In this document: positions 6,854-17,300 of the stretch, piece after piece
Layout: the number at the start of each line of letters is the position of its first letter
Numbering within the stretch: the stretch's first letter is position 1
Virus record (IMG/VR): IMGVR_UViG_3300020421_000003
DNA length: 64,000 nt
From: a virus
Reading direction: 5' to 3' (one strand)
The notes under the pieces: generated by a model
Seen by the model: only the letters and a program-made list of their open reading frames with translations
Told to the model about the DNA's origin: nothing
The model's database searches: none
Program-made: the position numbers and the translations under genes

Positions 6854-9800
6854 TTAGAGAGCAGCGATTGCAGCCTTGAATGCTGCGAAATCAGCAGCAC
6901 CCGCAGCGACGGTCTTGAGAGTTGCGAGGGTAATAGTCTCTGCCTGTAGTGCAGAGTCAGCAGTTGCACCTTGTGCAGCAGTTGCATAATCAGTCGATGC
7001 TGTTGCAGCAGCAGTGCCAAGGGTGGGTTTACCCGTCAGATCTGCGTATGCTCCAGAGAATAGCGAAGGTTTGCCAGTCAGATCTGCATAGGCACCCGAG
7101 AAGAGTGTGGGCAGATTAGTAAGATCATTGTAAGATCCACTGGTTGCTACGGTTGCCAGATCTCCTGGTTGTGTAGCAGAAGCAGCAAGTGTGCCTTGGG
7201 CGGCAGTGGCATAAGCAGTCGCATCAGTAGTAGCAGCAGTGCCAAGATCTCCTGGTTGAGTAGCAGAAGCAGCGAGTGCGCCCTGTGCAGCAGTTGCATA
7301 TGCAGTTGCATTAGTGGTAGCAGCAGTGCCAAGACCCAAAGCGGTGATCGCTGCTGAGGCACGGGCATCAGCACGAGCGTCTGTGTAGTAGAGGTTAGTG
7401 CCCTCTGCCAGGTCACTCGTAGACTGGTTGCTCAGGTCAAGGTTTGTGCCAACATTCAGTGCAATACGAGTATCAGCAAGTCCATTTACTTGTGAATCAG
7501 TGCGCTGAGTGAAGGATAAGACGCCAGTAGAAGCGTTATAACCGAGATCGCCACTAGCACTAAATGCACCCCTAGCGCGAGAATTGGTAAAGAAGATATT
7601 GGTTGATCCTTCTGTGACATTATCAGTATCAATATCAGATTGGGTAACAGATAGGGTGCCGCTATTATGCTCAATACCAGTGCCATACGTGAAGTGTGAC
7701 CTTGTGCGTGCAGCAGTGGTGAATAGGGCATTAGACCCTTCTGTGATGTTGTCAGTGTTGATGTCGCCCTGAGTTGCACTCAGAGTCAGGATATTACCTG
7801 CATCATCATATGTAGCAGTGATACCAGTGCCACCTGAGATCAGAGCGTTAACTCTGTCATCAACTCTCTCATTAGTGAAGTAGAGGTTAGTGCCCTCTGC
7901 AAGATCATCAGTATCGTGGTTGGCGATACTACCAACCTGTGACTGGAAGAAGGTCAAAGCACCAGTAACATTCAAGTTACCCTGAATCTCAAAGTCAGTA
8001 ACTGACTTAAAGTTAGTAACCTGAAGGGTGTTAGTGCTTGGGTTGTAGGTAAGGTTTTGTGAGTCTGTGCGGACCTCAGTGAATCCGTTGTTAGCAGAAA
8101 CGAATGCAGGGAAGTAAGTCAGGTTAGAAGTTGCTGTCTCAGTAACATCAACCAGATTTGACTTGTCTGCAGTACCTGTAAGGTCACCAGTTACATTACC
8201 AGTGATCTGTCCAGTAACACCCAGCGTGCCACCCATGGTGGTGTTGTTTGTTACGTCAAGACTTCCAAGGGTGCTAAGACCAGTGATCTCGGCGTTACCT
8301 GAAGTGGAGTTAAGTGTAATCTTGTCAGTGCCACCACCATTCTGCAACTTGAGGGTCTTAGAAGCACCACGGAGGACCACGCTGTCCTTAAACAGTGAGG
8401 TGCTGTCAACCGTCAGTGTGCCATCCAGTTGCTGATTACCATCAACATTCAGATCAGAATCAAAGTCAACATTCTGTGTAACTTGCAGAGTATCATCAAT
8501 GATTGCTCTACCCGCAACGTCTAGGGTGCCAGCAACAGTAACGTTACCTGTTGATCCTTGGACGATAAACTTATTAGTGTTAACAAGGATCGATCCACCA
8601 ACGTTGACGTTAGAAGTCGTGTTAACAGTAGCAATGTTTGCTGTAGTAGCAGCAACTGTGGCAGAGGTGATTGTGCCGTCTGCAGTGATGTTACCTGTAG
8701 CACCGAAGAAGGTGATGGTTTCATTCTGGTCAGGTCCGATGAATACATCTTGACCGAAGTAAGAATCTTCATAGACTGCGATACCACCGTTAGGGACCAT
8801 CAGTGCTGCGTTAGCAGTCAGACGATCAGCAGTAGCGTTGACGTTAAGTGTGACCTTCTCAGCGAATGCAGCAGTGCTAGTGACTGCCAACGTGCCTTCC
8901 ACCAAACCGTTACCAACGGTAGCGAAGTTACCAGTTGCAGAGGCAACAGTAAACTTATCAGTAGTGCCAGAGCGGACAGCGAAGTCAGCATCAACATCTA
9001 CAAGACCATTCAACTCTGTGCGTCCACCAACAGTCAGTGTGCCAGAAGTATCCTGATTACCATTGTGATCAATGTTATCGTTGACAGTCAGCAGACCTTC
9101 AATCTGAGTTGTGCCAGCAATAAAGGTGTTACCGTTGTCAGTGTCAACAGTGAATCTGTCAACCAGAGAAGATCTGATGACAAAGTTTTCGTTAGTAGCA
9201 TCAATCAGCAGAGTGTCATTGACAGTCACCTGATCAGATACGACCAGAGTGCCACTGACTGTAGCGTCATCAGTAATGTTGACCGTGCCACCAGCAGAGT
9301 CAAGGACAAGGTTACCAGCAGTGGTGTCAATCTCGTTAGAAGCAGCAACACCAATTCTTACAGCATCAGCAGTGATGTCTGTAGAGGTAATAGCAGCATT
9401 AAAGGTTGACGTTGCATTGACTGTCAGAGTGTCGCCAGAAGCGTTACCCAGAGTTGTGTTGCTATCTACCTGAAGGTTGCCATCAACCTCGGCGTTGTCT
9501 GTAATGTGGACCTTTCCATCAGCGGAGTCGAGAATGAGGTTACCAGTTGTGGTACTAATCTCATTGTTAGCATCGACCCCGATCTGGATCGCGTCGGCGG
9601 TGATGTCAGTACTGGTGATTGCTTGGTTAAATGTAACCGTGCCAGTAACGGTGTGGTTATCTCCTGCCTGGTTGCCAATAGTAGCGTTACCATCAACAGT
9701 AAGAGTGCCATCGATTTGAGTATTGCCGTCAACATTTAAGTTACCATCTACGTCAGCATTGTCTGTGATATTAACAGTGCCGCCTGCAGAATCAAGAATC

Positions 9801-12800
9801 AGGTTACCTGAAGAGGTGCCGATTTCATTTGCAGCATCTGTGCCAACCTTAAGGTCGCGAATGTTAAGTCTTGCAGCAGCAGTCAGTGCTTGGTTAAACT
9901 GGACTGTGCCGTTAACAGTGTGAGAGTCACCTGACTGGTTACCAATCTGTGCATTACCATTGACATTGAATGTGCCGTTGGCAAATGTATTACCAGTCTG
10001 TGCATCTACAGTAAATGTAGTGGAGACTGCAAAGTCATCGGTGACATCCAGAGTGCCAGTGATGTCAACGTTACCCCCGAAGGAGCCATTGTCGGTAACA
10101 AAGAGATCGTCTCCCACATAAAGATCGAGACCGATACCAACACCGCCACCAACGATGAGAGCACCAGAAGAGGCGTTAGTTGCATTGGTTGTATCAAATA
10201 GTTTAATAGATCCAGCGTCAAGACCTGATCTTGTGCCACTGAATGCTTCACTGGAGTTGGTTGCGTTGTGATAGAGAGCATATCTTGCAGCACTCACATC
10301 CCAACCGAAGAAACCAACACGAGCAGTCGAGTCGTAGTATCGGAATTCGACACCACGATCTTTAGCATCCGACTGGGTAGGAGCAGTGTCTCCACCTAAA
10401 GTAATGACAGGATCATCCAGCGTCACTACTGTGCTGTTAACTGTAGTCGTAGTTCCGTTAACTGTCAAGTCCCCTTGAATAATGGCATTGCCATCAATGT
10501 CAAAGTCACCGTTGATAGTAACGTTATCAGTGAATGTAGAGACAGCGTTGACTGTCAAGACATCGGTATTTACATCACCGATAGTGGTCAGAGGACCATT
10601 GATTGTAAACCGCTCATTAAATGTAGCGTGACCATGGACAACGATAGCACCATCAGTAGCGTTACCCTGACCAACACGACCGATGGTTGTGAAACCAGAC
10701 TCGCCAAGGACAGAGAATTCAACGTTGTCGTTAGTGTTGACCTTACCAATGTAGAAGTCATCGCCAACATGCAGGTCTTGGACAATACCAACACCACCAG
10801 CAACTCTCAGTTGGGCATCAGCATCATCTGCAAAGGATGCGTTGTGTGCTGTGCCACCACCCAGATAGGTGCGGTATAGGACATCAACGTTATTAAGCAG
10901 GGAAGGACGGGTGCGAGCAGTGCCAGCATCCTTGACGACCAGACGGTCTGCCAGATAGATGTCACCACCAACACGGAGATCCTTATCCATGTTAACGCCA
11001 CCAGCGAAGGTAGCATTACCACCAGTGCTTAGAGTGATATCAGCATCAGTTTCAGCAATAGCGATATTGTTAGTGCGCTCAAAAGTGTTGACGCCCCCAA
11101 CATTAAGACTACCTTCGATATCTGTATTGCCATTTGTGCTCAGGATACGGAATGTTTGATTGCTGCCATTAGTAATAGTGAGATACTTACCAGTGACATC
11201 CATCAGGAAGTCATTGTGGAAGACCACATCATCGTCAACGTCGAGTGTTGCGTTGAAGGTTACATCACTATCAACATTAAGAGTCGAATCAAAGTCAACA
11301 CCTTGGACTACGTGTAGTGTCCCTTGGACATCAGTATTACCGTTATCAGAATCAACAGTAAACTTATTGACTGATCCAGCAGTGCGGATAATAAACTCTT
11401 TGTTATCAGCAGTGAGGATAAGATTATCTGTAATCTCAGTCTCAAGTTGAATGTCCAGGGTGCCTTCGATAACTGTGTTACCAGTTGCACTCTCGATAGT
11501 AAACTTGTCAGTGGTATTGTTTCTAACAGCGAAGTTGGCATCGATGTCAACTGTGCCGTCAATCTCAACGTTACCAAGAAGGTGAGTCGTGCCACCGACG
11601 TTAAGATTCTCAGAGATACCTGTGCCACCAGTCACCACCAAGGTGCCAGTTGCAGGTGTCTTCCAAGTAGAAGAAGTGCCTGTAGTTAGTCTGAGGTTAC
11701 CAGCAATGAGAGGAGCGTCAGTGCCAGTGTAGACTTCAGAGGTGTTAGTCGCATTGTAGAGGAACCTATACCCGCCAGTGCCAGACCAAATGTTAGAGTC
11801 TGCATAGTCTTCGTCCCAACCATAGAATCCGAATCGCTCTTGACTATCATAATACCTAAATTCAATACCACGGTCTTTGTTATCATCTGTTACTAACGTA
11901 TCCTCACCACCCAGCGTCATGATGGGGTCTTGGATAGTCACAACAGTTGAGTTGACAGTGGTTGTCACACCATCAACAGTCAGGTCACCACGAATACGGA
12001 CGGTGCCAGTAAGGTCATCGTCATCATTAGGATCCAACACCATGATGGCATTGGTTGTAGAGATAACGTTGTCCTGAATATGGAAATCTTCAATGTTGAC
12101 TCTGTGGTCAACGTCAGTCACGTTAATAGTGATGTCCTGATCAGCAGTCAGGTTGAAAGTTGCATCTCCAGCACCAGCATTGGTGACGTTGATGTCCATG
12201 GAGCGGTTTGTCGCTTCATTGACTTCAAGAGCAATCTCTAGATTTCCCGAGGTTCGCTTAATGAACTGGTCGGTTTTTGTAACATCAAGAGTAATGTTAC
12301 CACTGATGGTAGTATCGAGGTTAATGTCAACAGCGCCAGTGAGAGATGATCCACTGGTGGCACTACCGTTACCGTCAGCGTCATCAGCAGCAATAGCAGG
12401 ATAGGAGTTACCCTGACCCAGAATTCCAGGTTGGAAAGGATACTCACCAGTATCGTAACCAACGATACGGAATACGCTACCGCCAGTTCTGTTGTTAATG
12501 TTAATATGATTAAGCTTGGTAATGCCATGATAAGCATTATCAGTCGTCCTTTCGGGGTCCAGCTCAAAAGTTTCAGTAGCATTTTGATCCGTAAACATCA
12601 AATGCCCCAGTGATTGCAACTGGGAGTTTTCAATGGCGTTAGCCGCAATCGTTACATGACCGTTAGCATCTACGTTGAAGTCTTCCTGGTCGAAACTCGC
12701 AAGACCCTTTTGCTCGACGGTATCAGTACCCAGGTCTCTCCATCCACCTTGATCGTCTGCATCACCACCTTGGATGTTGTGGGAAGGCTCTCCGAGTCCC

Positions 12801-13771
12801 GATCCGATATCCCTAATAGCCGCTTGGTAGACGCGACCGTTAGTAGCAATAACCTTTGAAAATCTAGGATACGCAGTAGCGTTATCGTAAGTGGTGAAAG
12901 ATGTTCCATCCTTTGCTCCCTCAGTTGCCGTAGCAATCGGTGAGGTATTAGCATAAGTCAGGCGACCATATCTGTCAACTTGGAGGTTAACAGTGTTGAC
13001 TGTCTGCTCACCAGTTGTAGCACTGATCAAAGGATTGACCAGAGGATCCATTGAGTTGAGGGTATTATATCTACCCACCACAACTGTGGTATCTGCTAGG
13101 TCAATGAATGGGTTAGAAGACTGAGCGTTACCATTCTGTACAATGATACGCCCACTACCACCAGTGATGGTGCGGTTTACTAAGGTGCCTTCAGATTGAC
13201 GAGAGATGAAACCGAAACCTGACATATCTGCCAGAGAGGTCAAATCACTATCTAAAGGTTGTGCGTCACCAATACCATACTCAGCAAGAGTGCCAGGTGT
13301 CTCAGCATCGATAATACGACCACGAGAGTCCACCGTGATACGGGTGTAGGTGCCAGTTGCTGCTAGGTCATTCTCATCGTAGTGAGGCAATGCCACCACA
13401 TAATTCAATTCAGCAGTAATGGTCAGGTTTGAGGATCCATCAAACGTGCCAGCACCAGACATGTCACCACCCAGGGCGATCTGTCGTGCGTTTGCCAATC
13501 GGGTTGCTGTAGCAGCGTTACCGACAAGAGAAGCAGTAATTGCACCTGCCTCAAAGTTACCGTCAGCATCTCGTTTAACAAGAGTGTTAGCGGTATTTGA
13601 TTCCGTCTCGATCGGTCTCTCATATTTCAGAGAGTTCCATGCCGTGACACCATCACCGATTTTGATACGAGAAGTATCAATTTCGATGCCTAACTCACCT
13701 TGAGCGAGAATAGGGTTGACGTTTGCCCACTGCTGAGCACCGTCACGTCTTAATTGAATTCTATTTGCCAT
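6854..13771 (-). CDS. 2305-aa long fibre protein (tail/whisker fibre) with an Mtd_N-like N-terminal domain
   Basis: N-terminus RIQLRRD...W...NPILAQGELG.E.DT..IKIGDG...WNSL.Y; long G/T/N/D/V-rich beta repeats; TDxLxEGTNLYFT repeats; sits immediately upstream of gp13 (gp12/wac position in T4). Confidence 0.85.
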   Translation of the reverse strand: MANRIQLRRDGAQQWANVNPILAQGELGIEIDTSRIKIGDGVTAWNSLKYERPIETESNTANTLVKRDADGNFEAGAITASLVGNAATATRLANARQIALGGDMSGAGTFDGSSNLTITAELNYVVALPHYDENDLAATGTYTRITVDSRGRIIDAETPGTLAEYGIGDAQPLDSDLTSLADMSGFGFISRQSEGTLVNRTITGGSGRIIVQNGNAQSSNPFIDLADTTVVVGRYNTLNSMDPLVNPLISATTGEQTVNTVNLQVDRYGRLTYANTSPIATATEGAKDGTSFTTYDNATAYPRFSKVIATNGRVYQAAIRDIGSGLGEPSHNIQGGDADDQGGWRDLGTDTVEQKGLASFDQEDFNVDANGHVTIAANAIENSQLQSLGHLMFTDQNATETFELDPERTTDNAYHGITKLNHININNRTGGSVFRIVGYDTGEYPFQPGILGQGNSYPAIAADDADGNGSATSGSSLTGAVDINLDTTISGNITLDVTKTDQFIKRTSGNLEIALEVNEATNRSMDINVTNAGAGDATFNLTADQDITINVTDVDHRVNIEDFHIQDNVISTTNAIMVLDPNDDDDLTGTVRIRGDLTVDGVTTTVNSTVVTIQDPIMTLGGEDTLVTDDNKDRGIEFRYYDSQERFGFYGWDEDYADSNIWSGTGGYRFLYNATNTSEVYTGTDAPLIAGNLRLTTGTSSTWKTPATGTLVVTGGTGISENLNVGGTTHLLGNVEIDGTVDIDANFAVRNNTTDKFTIESATGNTVIEGTLDIQLETEITDNLILTADNKEFIIRTAGSVNKFTVDSDNGNTDVQGTLHVVQGVDFDSTLNVDSDVTFNATLDVDDDVVFHNDFLMDVTGKYLTITNGSNQTFRILSTNGNTDIEGSLNVGGVNTFERTNNIAIAETDADITLSTGGNATFAGGVNMDKDLRVGGDIYLADRLVVKDAGTARTRPSLLNNVDVLYRTYLGGGTAHNASFADDADAQLRVAGGVGIVQDLHVGDDFYIGKVNTNDNVEFSVLGESGFTTIGRVGQGNATDGAIVVHGHATFNERFTINGPLTTIGDVNTDVLTVNAVSTFTDNVTINGDFDIDGNAIIQGDLTVNGTTTTVNSTVVTLDDPVITLGGDTAPTQSDAKDRGVEFRYYDSTARVGFFGWDVSAARYALYHNATNSSEAFSGTRSGLDAGSIKLFDTTNATNASSGALIVGGGVGIGLDLYVGDDLFVTDNGSFGGNVDITGTLDVTDDFAVSTTFTVDAQTGNTFANGTFNVNGNAQIGNQSGDSHTVNGTVQFNQALTAAARLNIRDLKVGTDAANEIGTSSGNLILDSAGGTVNITDNADVDGNLNVDGNTQIDGTLTVDGNATIGNQAGDNHTVTGTVTFNQAITSTDITADAIQIGVDANNEISTTTGNLILDSADGKVHITDNAEVDGNLQVDSNTTLGNASGDTLTVNATSTFNAAITSTDITADAVRIGVAASNEIDTTAGNLVLDSAGGTVNITDDATVSGTLVVSDQVTVNDTLLIDATNENFVIRSSLVDRFTVDTDNGNTFIAGTTQIEGLLTVNDNIDHNGNQDTSGTLTVGGRTELNGLVDVDADFAVRSGTTDKFTVASATGNFATVGNGLVEGTLAVTSTAAFAEKVTLNVNATADRLTANAALMVPNGGIAVYEDSYFGQDVFIGPDQNETITFFGATGNITADGTITSATVAATTANIATVNTTSNVNVGGSILVNTNKFIVQGSTGNVTVAGTLDVAGRAIIDDTLQVTQNVDFDSDLNVDGNQQLDGTLTVDSTSLFKDSVVLRGASKTLKLQNGGGTDKITLNSTSGNAEITGLSTLGSLDVTNNTTMGGTLGVTGQITGNVTGDLTGTADKSNLVDVTETATSNLTYFPAFVSANNGFTEVRTDSQNLTYNPSTNTLQVTNFKSVTDFEIQGNLNVTGALTFFQSQVGSIANHDTDDLAEGTNLYFTNERVDDRVNALISGGTGITATYDDAGNILTLSATQGDINTDNITEGSNALFTTAARTRSHFTYGTGIEHNSGTLSVTQSDIDTDNVTEGSTNIFFTNSRARGAFSASGDLGYNASTGVLSFTQRTDSQVNGLADTRIALNVGTNLDLSNQSTSDLAEGTNLYYTDARADARASAAITALGLGTAATTNATAYATAAQGALAASATQPGDLGTAATTDATAYATAAQGTLAASATQPGDLATVATSGSYNDLTNLPTLFSGAYADLTGKPSLFSGAYADLTGKPTLGTAAATASTDYATAAQGATADSALQAETITLATLKTVAAGAADFAAFKAAIAAL
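7025..7335 (-). repeat. Tandem coding repeats at the fibre C-terminus
   Basis: Two 87-bp units (LGTAATTxATAYATAAQGxLAASATQPGD) and two 39-bp units (LFSGAYADLTGKP), recognisable at the DNA level. Confidence 0.8.
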
Positions 13772-13812
13772 TGCTTAAAAGGATCCTAGCACAACAGTTA
13801 GTCTGTCTGACT

Positions 13813-13820
13813 TATTTATG
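13813..13820 (-). promoter_or_regulatory. T4-type late promoter (CATAAATA)
   Basis: Intergenic, ~40 nt upstream of the fibre ATG and just downstream of a terminator. Confidence 0.75.
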
Positions 13821-13825
13821 TCACG

Positions 13826-13847
13826 AAAAACCCCCCTTTCGGGGGGT
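13826..13847 (-). terminator. Rho-independent terminator
   Basis: Minus strand reads ACCCCCC-GAAA-GGGGGGT-TTTT immediately after the stop at 13853. Confidence 0.85.
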
Positions 13848-13852
13848 AGGGG

Positions 13853-14095
13853 TCAAGTAGTTTCCAGGTCGTCGGGATCAATAGTCCCGTCTGGACGTGG
13901 CTCAACTTCTTCTTCAGTTGGTGGATTGAGATACTCTAGAGTCTCAATAGCACCCAAAAGTTTTAGAGCGGTAGCTTCATTGCTCTTAATCTTGTCTGCC
14001 ATCTCGCGGTTGTCCTTCAAAAGACCCTGGTAGCGAGTTTTGAATTGATCGAGCAATTCCTCTTGTGAGGCAGTTTCAGTCACATCAGCTGGCAT
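13853..14095 (-). CDS. Hypothetical acidic coiled-coil protein (possible fibre chaperone)
   Basis: ATG at 14095 follows GGAG; coiled-coil pattern; KLLGAIETLEYL. Confidence 0.7.
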   Translation of the reverse strand: MPADVTETASQEELLDQFKTRYQGLLKDNREMADKIKSNEATALKLLGAIETLEYLNPPTEEEVEPRPDGTIDPDDLETT

Positions 14096-14357
14096 TGTTG
14101 TCTCCGTGTAGTAATGATTTAAGTAGGTTTTTGATTTCACCGATATCCGATTTTAACTCAGATACCTCATCTTGTAAAGTGTTTAACTTCTCCTCTTTCT
14201 TGGATCGACGGGTGAATGCCGCCATATAGTTATCATACTCTGACACATTACAATTTACAATTGCATTTGAATCAGGGTCACGATACCAACCTTCCCTGCC
14301 CTCGACAGGGATTAGGTCTTCTTTGAAAGGTCTGATGTAATCAGATTCGCTTGACAT
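14085..14357 (-). CDS. Conserved cyanophage small protein with a C-terminal coiled coil
   Basis: VEG..G.YRD..SNAIVN...EY..Y...LK.DI.EIK.LL pattern, typical of the gene following DUF4815 structural genes. Confidence 0.75.
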   Translation of the reverse strand: MSSESDYIRPFKEDLIPVEGREGWYRDPDSNAIVNCNVSEYDNYMAAFTRRSKKEEKLNTLQDEVSELKSDIGEIKNLLKSLLHGDNNAS

Positions 14358-14386
14358 ATCCAAGAATAATTATTATAATAACCGTG

Positions 14387-17300
14387 TTAGGTTGCAAGAG
14401 CAATGGATCTAAGATCAGCTATGAGTGGTACTCGTGCTTGGTTTTTAGATCTCATAACAATCTTCACTTGGAAGGCGTTAAAGTTAAGTCCCCTTGCTTC
14501 ATATGTATAATCCTTCCAGAGGTATTCTTCTGTGGGAGTTGTATCATATGCTTCACCCAAGTTTTGATTGGAAGTGGGAAGACCCATTTGTGTCCAACCA
14601 ATAGTATTAGGATCAGTAGCATCACCAACCTTGAATGCCTTGTAGTAGATACGAAGCTCGGTAGCAGGGTGACGGGTGACTTGGAAATCAATCTTCAGTG
14701 AGCGTGCTTCTCTACCCAGACGTGCGAGACGTGTGATATAGACAGCATCGTTTTGATCACCGATTGCCAGAGTAGAAACATCTTGATCTCTATCGATCTG
14801 TGACTGTTGACCATAAGTTGATTGTCCACCTGGCCACATATTCACGCGGTTAGATGTTGTAATCAGTGACACACGGTCAAGGTCAATACAGGGAGAGAGG
14901 GATGATTTCTCAGTCTCAAGCATGATCGACATAGTAAGAGACTTGTTACCATCCAGTTTGTTTTGCTCGTTAATCTTAGATGCAACCATCTGAGGAGCAG
15001 TAAACTGGTTTTGCTCATTCAACACAATGTCTACATAAGTGCCATTGTTAATGAAGGAGTTTTGGTCAACCACCGTAGATCCATCACCAACGGATGTAGC
15101 AGTAGTGGTATTCAGTCTTGCTGACAGATTTGTATCTGCCATAACCATCGTAGACACCGTAGGTGTAATGGTTTCAAACTGGACATTCTGAGAAGCGTAA
15201 ACGTCAACACCACCGCCACGAATACCGTTAGTTGCAACACTATCAATGTGTAACATATAGGTATCCAACCATGGGCAGGAGATGTTGGTGTGGACCTTAT
15301 TGATTTCCGTTAGAGGAATACCATCAAGGTTGTAACATTCAACAATTGCACCAGAAGGGTGCTCAACATCAGCAGTGCCATTGTTACCTCTACCAGAGGT
15401 TGCCACTGTGATGACTTGACCGTTACCAGAAATTGCGGAGTATTGAATGATCTCATCTTCAATCTTAAGATAACCCTGATTAAGGTTACCGATTGGAGAT
15501 CCACCGATAATGGTATGGAATTGAGATCCATCATTAACCTGAATTGAGGTTGCTCCAGCAGTCAAGGTAGTGGTCAGTGTGGTAGAAGGCACTTCAGAGA
15601 TAATGCCCTCAACCTCAACGTTGTTACTACGTTGGTGCATACCGTGGTTTCTATGATAAACCAACACTTCCTTGTCATCGTTAGGATAAGAAGGAGCAGA
15701 AGTTGGGAATGCATCATAGGAGTCACCGCTGTAGTTAACGCTAGTAATCGTTGCGGATGTGCCACCTGGCTCAGACAGAGTATCCGAAACATCGAATGCT
15801 CTAGTAATGTAGTTGAGTGTCAGAGTCTGTGTGCCCGTGTCATATGCTGTGACAACACCAGTTGAAGCAGATGTAGATCCACTTACAACATCACCAACCT
15901 CAAACGTGCCGTTGAAGATCGCAGACAGGATAATCGTAGCGACAGATTGTGAGGAAGCGATGCCTTGGAATGTATTGTTGTTGGCATCAAGGAAACCAGC
16001 AGACCAGATACCATCAATATCTGAGATAGTGATAGTTTCAGGATCAGAAGTTGCATCAAATTCAACAATAGTGCCTTCTGCACCAGAAGGTGTTTGGATG
16101 ATTCGTGCTCCAACTGTAAAGGTATAGTTACTACCAACAGGAAGTGTGAGAGTTTGCTTGGGTTTCAGAGTCTGGATTGGATTTTCAATCAGTCTATGAA
16201 TACCATTGTTACCCTTACCAAGCTCAGCGTTGTTAAAGATCGCTGTGCCTAAGTTTGAGGTAAACTCAGCACGATACATGGTAAACTTCAGATCCTCATA
16301 CTGGTCAGCAGTCCAGGTAGAAGCGTTTTGGGACTTGAAGAGCACACCAGCATATGGTTGCTCAGAGATTGTCCTCGTGCCTGTTACGTCAACGTCGCCC
16401 ATTCTGGAGATCCAAACGTTATATTCGTTGGAGTCAGACAGAAGCACGAAACAATATTCAATGTTTGACTTAATGTAAACAGGAGATCTGAATGTAAATC
16501 TTGTAGGAATACTTGCGTTTTCCGACAACTCAACAGTGTCAGGATCGATAGTAGTATCAGAGAAAGGAATGATATCCTTAGTAGGATAACCATTCTCCAT
16601 GGTCCTGATCTGAATTGAGATAGGAATGTTAGCGTCCTTAGTCCTGAAGAAGATGTCAACACCTGTCAGGAATACGCCGCCTTCCGAATCGCAAATAAAG
16701 GATTGTGCAAGAGGGTCATACCAACCAATCTGACGTTGCTCAGTCCTGGTAGTAATAACAGTCCTTTGGTCGTTAACTGTATCGCGGACGATCTCAGCAT
16801 TACGGACGGCAAGAATGTTTTCTCTAACAGTCTGCAAGGTGCCAGTTGCAGAGTATGATGCGTCTGCAGAGGAATCCACGTTTCCAGGAGTCCTATCATT
16901 CGTATCCGAAGTTGTGACTCTAACCGTCCTTGTGCCAGTTGCCCAGCGGGGGTTTGAATCATTCTTAGGAGAAGGAATGAAGAAGGTGCCTTGTAGGTTA
17001 CCAACGTTATCAGCAAGGAGACGACGATCTCTCACAACAGCACGAGCGCCAGAGGTCAATCCAAGAAGGACTTCACCCACGTTGACGTTACCGTAGAAGT
17101 TGGGGTTGACTGTCTCTGCCATTGCAGTGATGTCAATATTCAGGAAGTTGGTTTGTGATGCATAAGACTCAGCAAGTGCAGCAGCACCAACACCATAAGG
17201 GTCAGTCTTGTATCCATCATTAGCAGGAGCAACTAATACTCTTGCTCCAGAGGTCTGACCCACCACAGTCTCACCAACAACGAAAGGTGTCTCGTTAGAG

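Noticed and set aside
7025-7335. CRISPR-like array
   Set aside because: The repeats are in-frame, degenerate at third codon positions and lack unique spacers.
13600-13771. Diversity-generating retroelement suggested by the Mtd_N-like domain
   Set aside because: There is no reverse transcriptase, no TR/VR pair differing at adenines and no C-type-lectin tip in the window; Mtd_N is a common fibre attachment domain.
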